DNA of 64,000 nt, from assembly GCA_009786125.1 (NCBI GenBank), contig WQTU01000136.1, positions 88 through 64,087 on the forward strand, in the 5' to 3' direction. The notes beneath the pieces are model-generated. The model had not been told where the DNA came from. It made no database searches and saw only the letters and a list, made by a program, of their open reading frames with translations. This DNA is from Spirochaetota bacterium. Its GTDB lineage: Bacteria > Spirochaetota > Spirochaetia > CADAEX01. This document shows, piece by piece, positions 58,748 through 64,000 of this stretch. Every line of letters starts with the position of its first letter. The first letter of the stretch is position 1. Made by a program: the position numbers and the translations under genes.

Positions 58748-61396
58748 TTATAGGTTACATTTTCCCGCAAGACTTGATGCAGTTTTTACAGCTTCAACGC
58801 CATCCTTCGAGTAAGCTGCGCCTATTGATTCTGCCCACTCTTTTGTAACAACTGCTCCGCCAACCATAAAGCTGGCTGTTATGCCTTCTTTTTTTGCAAG
58901 TTCAATAACTTCCGGCATTTTTACCATTGTTGTTGTCATAAGCGCAGAGAGCGCAATTATGTCCGGCTCAAACTCTTTTGCATTTTTTATAATCTCGTCT
59001 GCTGGTACAGATTTACCTAGGTCTTTTACATCAAAGCCATAATTGCGCAGCATGAGTATTACAATATTTTTTCCAATGTCGTGTATATCTCCCTCGACAG
59101 TTGCAAAAAGTATTTTGCCTTTTGCACCGGCATTCTTGTCTTCGAGTTTGGGCTCAAGGACAGTGAAGCCTTTTTTCATTGTCTCTGCGCTTGCAATGAG
59201 CTGCGGCAAAAAATACTTTTTCTTGTCGTAAAGCTCGCCCACATGCATAATTGCGGGAATCATTATTTTTTCGAGAATATCTTTTGGCGCTGTGTTGAGC
59301 TCAAGTGTTTTCTGCACATGAGTTATTATGTCATCGCGGTTGCCGGAAACAATGCAGTCGAAGACTGGGCTTGTTGCTGCGTTTGCACCAGCGCTTGCGT
59401 CTGCGTCTGCGGCTGTGTCTGCACTTGCGTCCGGGCTTGCGCCAGCGCCTTTCGCAGCAGGGTGGGGCATGGGCTGTATGCTGTTGGGCATAATGCCGGG
59501 GTCCGGGTTTGCCGAAGCAAATTTAAGATACGCCAGCGCATCAACATCTTTGCCGGTTAGCAGGTCGGATGCATGTTTTGCCCACATTAGCTCGATTTCT
59601 CCGGGATTTGCAATTACATGGGTCATTCCATACGCAGCAGCCATTGAAAGAAAAGCAGAGTTTATTCTTTTTCTCTCCGGCAGCCCGAAAGAAACATTAG
59701 AAAGCCCGGCTAACGAAGAAAAGCCGTTTTCTGCAGCCCATTTTATTGTTTTAAGTGTTTCCAGCGGAGCCTGCTGGTTCGATGAGACAGTCATAACAAG
59801 CCCGTCTATAATTATATCGTTTTTTGTAAAGCCCAGTTTTTCTGCCTCATTATAAACTTCTTTTATAATTTCGATTCTTCGTTCTGCTGTCTCGGGGAGT
59901 TCGTTGTCCGCAAGAGGCAGCAGAACGAACATTGCGCCGTATTTTGCCGCAACAGGCAGGAGTTTTTCGATTTTTTCTTTTTCCCCGGATATTGAATTTA
60001 TTAAAGCTCTTCCGGGATATTTTCTGAGAGCTGCTTCTACTACTTCTGGCGACGCAGAATCTATTACAAGCGGCAGTTTGCACCAAGGCGCAAGCATGTC
60101 GATTATTTTAATTACTGTATTTTTTTCGTTAATGCCGGGCATCCCTGCGTTTATGTCTAACATGCTTGCGCCGGAGGCTTCCTGTTCCATTGCCATTTTG
60201 CGTACCAGCGACAGTTTGCCCTCAAGCATTTCTGATTGAAGCCTTTTCTTGCCCGTAGGATTTATGCGCTCGCCGATAACCTGCAGCCCTGACTTTTTGT
60301 TTACGATAAGGGCTTCGGTTGCGCTCGAAAGTGCAACAATATCTTTGGCAAAAAAGCAGTTCTTCCTGGTTTTGACCTTGACTTCGCCGCGGGCTTCGGT
60401 TTGGGTTTGCGGAGCTGCGGCTTGGGGTAAAAGCGGCTGCAACACGGATGTTGCGCTCGGCGCAGCGACATGGATGTCGCAATAAGGCTCCGGTTTGTAT
60501 TGCGCAAGCTCTTTTGCAAGCAGTTTTATGTGCTGCGGAGTTGTGCCGCAGCAGCCGCCCATAAGATTGATTCCCGCGCTTGCAAAAGATTCTGCGAAGG
60601 ATGCAAATTCTTCCGGTCCCATTGGAAAAATGGTTTTGCCGGATTCTATTCTTGGCATTCCGGCATTTGGCTTTGCAACCAGAGGAACTTTCGAAATAGG
60701 TTTAAGACGTTCTATTATTTTTAGCATTTCTGCAGGGCCGGAAGAGCAATTGCAGCCAACAGCATCTGCTCCAAGGCTTTGAAGCGTTATTAGCGCAGCT
60801 TCCGGCGATGTTCCGTTAAGCGTTCTGCCTTCCGGCTCATAAGTCATTGTTACTATCGTAAAAGCATCAGTGAGTTCTTTAACGGCGATTAACGCTGCAC
60901 GCGCTTCCTGAATATCCATCTGCGTTTCTATTACAAAAAGATCGCAGCCGCCGTCCAGCAATCCTCTTGCCTGACGCTTAAACATTTTTACAGCATCTTC
61001 AAACCTGATTTCCCCAAAAGGCTCGATAAAATGCCCTATGGGTCCAATATCGCCTGCAACAAGCGTATTTTCTCCTCCTGCTTTTTTTGCCGCCTGCGCA
61101 AGAATCGAATTTATATTTTCTACATCGTCCCGGCCGTATAACGCAAGTTTATAAAAATTCGCCCCAAATGTGCATGTATAAATTATGTCCGACCCTACCT
61201 CGGAATAGCTTTTATAAATTGCCCTTTGGATTTCCTTGTTCTCGCTTGCCCATATTTCCGGGCACACTCCTGCGGGCATTCCTTTTTTCTGGAGTTCTGT
61301 TCCTGTTGCTCCGTCGAGCACAAGAATTTTGTTTTTAAGCAATTCCGAAATTACTTTTTTATCTGTCATATATTCCCTTCTTAGTTTATTAAACAA
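58748..61396 (-). CDS. metH: Cobalamin-dependent methionine synthase lacking the AdoMet activation domain
   Basis: 882 aa. Hcy-methyltransferase N-terminus ('LDGATGTEL', 'GGCCGTTP'), pterin-binding domain, and B12-binding domain ('GDIHDIGKNIV'). Two GC-rich low-complexity linkers. Confidence 0.92.
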   Translation of the reverse strand: MFNKLRREYMTDKKVISELLKNKILVLDGATGTELQKKGMPAGVCPEIWASENKEIQRAIYKSYSEVGSDIIYTCTFGANFYKLALYGRDDVENINSILAQAAKKAGGENTLVAGDIGPIGHFIEPFGEIRFEDAVKMFKRQARGLLDGGCDLFVIETQMDIQEARAALIAVKELTDAFTIVTMTYEPEGRTLNGTSPEAALITLQSLGADAVGCNCSSGPAEMLKIIERLKPISKVPLVAKPNAGMPRIESGKTIFPMGPEEFASFAESFASAGINLMGGCCGTTPQHIKLLAKELAQYKPEPYCDIHVAAPSATSVLQPLLPQAAAPQTQTEARGEVKVKTRKNCFFAKDIVALSSATEALIVNKKSGLQVIGERINPTGKKRLQSEMLEGKLSLVRKMAMEQEASGASMLDINAGMPGINEKNTVIKIIDMLAPWCKLPLVIDSASPEVVEAALRKYPGRALINSISGEKEKIEKLLPVAAKYGAMFVLLPLADNELPETAERRIEIIKEVYNEAEKLGFTKNDIIIDGLVMTVSSNQQAPLETLKTIKWAAENGFSSLAGLSNVSFGLPERKRINSAFLSMAAAYGMTHVIANPGEIELMWAKHASDLLTGKDVDALAYLKFASANPDPGIMPNSIQPMPHPAAKGAGASPDASADTAADADASAGANAATSPVFDCIVSGNRDDIITHVQKTLELNTAPKDILEKIMIPAIMHVGELYDKKKYFLPQLIASAETMKKGFTVLEPKLEDKNAGAKGKILFATVEGDIHDIGKNIVILMLRNYGFDVKDLGKSVPADEIIKNAKEFEPDIIALSALMTTTMVKMPEVIELAKKEGITASFMVGGAVVTKEWAESIGAAYSKDGVEAVKTASSLAGKCNL
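60434..60480. repeat. GC-rich repeat module inside the metH Hcy/pterin linker
   Basis: The reverse complement GCGACATCCATGTCGCTGCGCCGAGCGCAACATCCGTGTTGCAGCCG matches 22562-22608 at 41 of 47 positions. It is translated in a different frame from that copy. Confidence 0.85.
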
Positions 61397-62150
61397 TTCC
61401 TGTTAATGCAATAACTGATTTTTGCGGTATAAGCAAAAAGCTTTCTGTTATATTAACTTCTATTTTTTTCATTTCAAGCAAATTGTAAAAGATTTTTTGT
61501 GTTTCAAGCGATAGGTCTCCGTATCCGGGAGAAAATCTTTTGGAAAAAAGCTTTTCTGATTTTCTTATAAGCTCTTTGCTGTAAAGAGACATAATGTAAT
61601 CCAGCCCCCTGTCTGCAATTTCGCCTGCTGCTGCGTCAAGAACAACAGCTTTGGTCATGTTTTCCTTCTGTTCTTTCTCTATAAAATCCGCTATTTCTTT
61701 GCCGCATGTTATTCCCATCAGCAGAATTTTATTCGCTCCGGAGATGAATTTGCATAATGAGCTGCTTATTATTTCCGAATGAAGCGAGTGTCGCGACGTG
61801 CTTGCACGCTCGTGACCGAGCGAATGAGGAAACAAAGGGTCGCGCAGGGCTCTGCCTTGCGGTCGCTTTGCGCGTGCTTTGCACGTAATACCCTTTATCT
61901 CAATTTTTTCTGATGGGGCTGCCTGACTTGCAGCAGGATATATCAGAATTTTATCCTGATCCGCGACTTCAAAATTACTTTCCAGCATTACGCCTTTTAA
62001 GTTTACAAGAGAGGCTGTCTCATCAATCCATGCTACAATCTCTTTTCTGCTTGATTCAGCAAGTTCTGTTTCTTTTTGTCTATACCCCAGCCGAGAGAAA
62101 ATAACTCTATAATCTGGCTTGGGCAATATATTATTGATAAACCTGAGCAT
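61389..62150 (-). CDS. Stand-alone methionine synthase activation-domain protein with in-frame GC-rich element
   Basis: The C-terminal 'RFSPGYGDLSLETQKIFYNLL' is typical of Met_synt_B12. 8-nt overlap with metH. Carries a 41-codon foreign-looking insert. Confidence 0.8.
   Translation of the reverse strand: MLRFINNILPKPDYRVIFSRLGYRQKETELAESSRKEIVAWIDETASLVNLKGVMLESNFEVADQDKILIYPAASQAAPSEKIEIKGITCKARAKRPQGRALRDPLFPHSLGHERASTSRHSLHSEIISSSLCKFISGANKILLMGITCGKEIADFIEKEQKENMTKAVVLDAAAGEIADRGLDYIMSLYSKELIRKSEKLFSKRFSPGYGDLSLETQKIFYNLLEMKKIEVNITESFLLIPQKSVIALTGIV
61775..61897. repeat. GC-rich repeat element (E9), 123 nt, in frame within the activation-domain gene
   Basis: CCGAATGAAGCGAG...GGTCGCTTTGCGCGTGCTTTGCACGTAATACCCTTTAT. 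Both termini and the central AAACAAAGGGTCGCG are shared with 25510-25676. Confidence 0.85.
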
Positions 62151-62350
62151 AAGGCATTATAGCAGAAAAAAAGTAATGTGGAATGGAGTAATGATTGTCT
62201 TGCTAAAAAAGAATTGCCGGCGATGGTTTCTTTTTCGGTAAAGCTGCCTGCCGCCAGTTCATCAGTCTAAAATTTAGAAACGAAACGGCTATTTTTTTTC
62301 CTTGCTTAATTTCTCTAAAAAATGATAAAATATTGCAATAATAATGTATT

Positions 62351-62411
62351 GCTGATTGCCCATTCGGGATGCTTTGCGATTCTCGATTGAATAAATCAGC
62401 GGTTTCCTAGA
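62351..62411. promoter_or_regulatory. Copy 2 of the palindromic motif, left arm split by a 21-nt GC-rich insertion
   Basis: 62379-62411 ATTCTCGATTGAATAAATCAGCGGTTTCCTAGA matches 2402-2434 at 32 of 33 positions. The left-arm remnant GCTGATT lies at 62351-62357, followed by GCCCATTCGGGATGCTTTGCG. Confidence 0.5.
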
Positions 62412-62463
62412 AAATATAGGAAGATAGTGGCTTTTTTATGAAAACAACAAGGAGGAGTTTTTT

Positions 62464-63168
62464 ATGAACAAGTTGAAAGCAGTATTTATTTTTGCGGTGC
62501 TTACTATTGCGGCAGCGGCAACCGCTTTTGCTCAAACAGAGAGTGACTTTTTGGTCGAATTGACGCCGGACGGCAGAGGCGCTAGAATTATTGGATATAC
62601 TGGCTCGGTTCGGGATGTAGTAATTCCAGCGACAATACAGGGCTTGCCTGTAAGAGAAATAGGGAGAATAGCATTTCAGGGAAATACGACCATTACCAGT
62701 GTGGTAATCCCCGAAGGTGTTACTGCTATTGGTTTCCAGGCATTTATTGATTGTATTAATCTGCATACTGTTAATATCCCAAATTCTGTTAGAACAATAG
62801 GAGATGGAGTGTTTTCCGGTACAGGTCTTACTACTATTACCTGGCCTGCCCGTTTTACTACTATCCCGCCGCGCACATTTGCCCGAACCAAAAATTTTCA
62901 GAGTATAGTAATTCCGGAAGGTGTTACGCATATAGGCGAAAATGCTTTTGCTGAATCAGGCGTAACCAGTGTTACCTTGCCTTCAACTATTAGAGAAATA
63001 GGGGTTGGGGCGTTTGGAAACTGTGCTTCGTTAACTGCATTGACGATTCCGGATTCTGTAAGGAATCTAGGCTTTGGAAGAGCTCATAATCAATTTGAGG
63101 GAGCTTTCGGTCTTAATTTGGGCTCGCAGGCAAGGTTAAGGCAGCTCGGCTATACAGGCAGATTTTAA
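62464..63168 (+). CDS. BspA-type leucine-rich-repeat secreted protein
   Basis: Signal peptide ending AFAQ. Repeats of 'IPxxVxxIGxxAFxxCxxLTxxxIP' (LRR_5-like). Confidence 0.8.
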   Translation: MNKLKAVFIFAVLTIAAAATAFAQTESDFLVELTPDGRGARIIGYTGSVRDVVIPATIQGLPVREIGRIAFQGNTTITSVVIPEGVTAIGFQAFIDCINLHTVNIPNSVRTIGDGVFSGTGLTTITWPARFTTIPPRTFARTKNFQSIVIPEGVTHIGENAFAESGVTSVTLPSTIREIGVGAFGNCASLTALTIPDSVRNLGFGRAHNQFEGAFGLNLGSQARLRQLGYTGRF

Positions 63169-63178
63169 GCAAAATTAC

Positions 63179-63199
63179 CGCAGGGCAACTTGCCCTGCG
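63179..63199. terminator. Bidirectional hairpin CGCAGGGCA-ACT-TGCCCTGCG between convergent genes
   Basis: Perfect 9-bp GC-rich stem read from the sequence. Confidence 0.6.
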
Positions 63200-63203
63200 T
63201 CTA

Positions 63204-64000
63204 TTAATTACCTATAACAATTCCGGTTAAATAAGCGTTAATACCCCTTGCCAGTTCCGCAGAGAGCTGTCTTTGAAATTCTCTGAAAGCAACTGTTTCT
63301 GCCTGTGTTTCTGTTAAGCCATTTTCGCGCGCATCTCTGAAGAATGTTGCAATAGTTGTATCTGCTTCATCAAAAAGAGATATATTTGCTATCCAGTTCA
63401 CAGATCTAAAATTGGGATTTACGGTAACAGGAGTAACAGACCATGTTCCACGGAAAACCATGCTGCCGTTGGGGCTGTAAGATATTGCCTGCCCGCTCAT
63501 TGCTTCCCGCACAATTCCTGCAATTCTTCCGTCTGTATCTCCGTCGATTGCTATGCGGTAAGACAAGTTTGCCGCTTCCCTGTCTCTTGCTGCAGTAAAT
63601 TTTCTTAAATCAAGTTCCATTTCCATCATGGCTGCCATTGGCGGAAAAATAATGCGAAGCTGATCAATCATTCGTTCTGCATTAAGCGCCATAATATATG
63701 CAGCATCGAAAAACGCATAACGTCTAAGCGAGCCAACTGCAGTATTTGCTCTGCGGAAATAATCTTCTGCTTTTTCCAAATCTCTTCTTATTAAGTCTCT
63801 GTAGATTAAGGCTGTTGGCTGCCTTTCGAGATAAGCAACAACATGAGTTGTTCCTGTTCTGTCTATATAGGGGTCAGAAAATTTCAAATTTATAAATGTT
63901 TGATCTGCTTGCGTGCCTATTGTGTGGTTAAGCATTGTCATTATTTCCCTGTAACGCTGATCCCCTCTGATAAGTTCTGCATATCTTTCCTGAGCAACGG
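63204..64000 (-). CDS. Hypothetical protein, N-terminus beyond the window edge
   Basis: By hand translation, the minus-strand frame stays open upstream of the Met at 63941 all the way to nt 64000 (..VAQERYAELIRGDQRYREI-MTML..). No family recognised. Confidence 0.6.
   Translation of the reverse strand, partial: VAQERYAELIRGDQRYREIMTMLNHTIGTQADQTFINLKFSDPYIDRTGTTHVVAYLERQPTALIYRDLIRRDLEKAEDYFRRANTAVGSLRRYAFFDAAYIMALNAERMIDQLRIIFPPMAAMMEMELDLRKFTAARDREAANLSYRIAIDGDTDGRIAGIVREAMSGQAISYSPNGSMVFRGTWSVTPVTVNPNFRSVNWIANISLFDEADTTIATFFRDARENGLTETQAETVAFREFQRQLSAELARGINAYLTGIVIGN

Noticed and set aside
59043-60782. Several + strand ORFs (up to 175 aa) inside metH
   Set aside because: They are antisense to a complete multi-domain MetH gene. 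Their Ala/Ser/Cys-rich composition derives from the GC-rich linkers.
62151-62350. Possible SAM or cobalamin riboswitch in the leader of the metH-activation operon (minus strand)
   Set aside because: I read the reverse complement looking for S-box (SAM-I) conserved cores and a B12 box, and found neither. An Rfam scan would be needed to exclude rarer classes.

Overview
This is an AT-rich bacterial chromosome segment made up mostly of core housekeeping genes. Gene content and order suggest a spirochaete, possibly Treponema-like, but that is an inference I could not check by search.

The centre of the window (about 24.2-52.2 kb, + strand) is a ribosomal/transcription superoperon:
- tRNA-Thr, rpmG, tRNA-Trp, secE, nusG
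- rplKAJL, rpoBC
- rpsL, rpsG, then tuf directly, with no fusA between them
- the S10, spc and alpha operons through rplQ; adk, map and infA are absent between secY and rpmJ

The left flank carries:
- the 3' end of a Gly-rich beta-helix repeat protein
- a solitary type I-C-like CRISPR repeat
- an IS3 OrfA remnant
- a Phd/PIN toxin-antitoxin cassette bracketed by 28-bp inverted repeats
- a DUF104-like small protein, a SurA-like chaperone, a large DUF4954-like protein and an acyl-ACP thioesterase
- a minus-strand peptide-type ABC importer operon with a fused permease-ATPase
- a transposase remnant abutting a truncated DUF362 gene
- a Nudix hydrolase and a RarA protein with a long C-terminal extension
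- an outer-membrane beta-barrel protein, a lipoprotein and an XRE regulator
- a tRNA-His/Arg/Lys cluster
- a KamA-family radical SAM enzyme, PRPP synthetase and an FGGY sugar kinase

The right flank carries a 970-aa acidic membrane protein, rny, ymdB, tlyA, a split methionine synthase (MetH plus a separate activation-domain protein), a BspA-type LRR protein and a partial unknown gene.

The most unusual signal is a mosaic family of short GC-rich repeat modules (about 45-170 nt) that stand out against the AT-rich background.
- They sit directly after the stop codons of nusG, rplJ, rpsG and rplQ, and on both sides of the thioesterase gene.
- They also lie inside four open reading frames without breaking them: twice in the FGGY kinase, once in the MetH inter-domain linker, and once in the MetH activation protein.
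- The same module is translated in different frames in different hosts, which argues for a DNA-level element rather than a protein domain. This is reminiscent of Rickettsia palindromic elements.

All product calls rest on motif recognition by eye and on operon context. No database search was possible.
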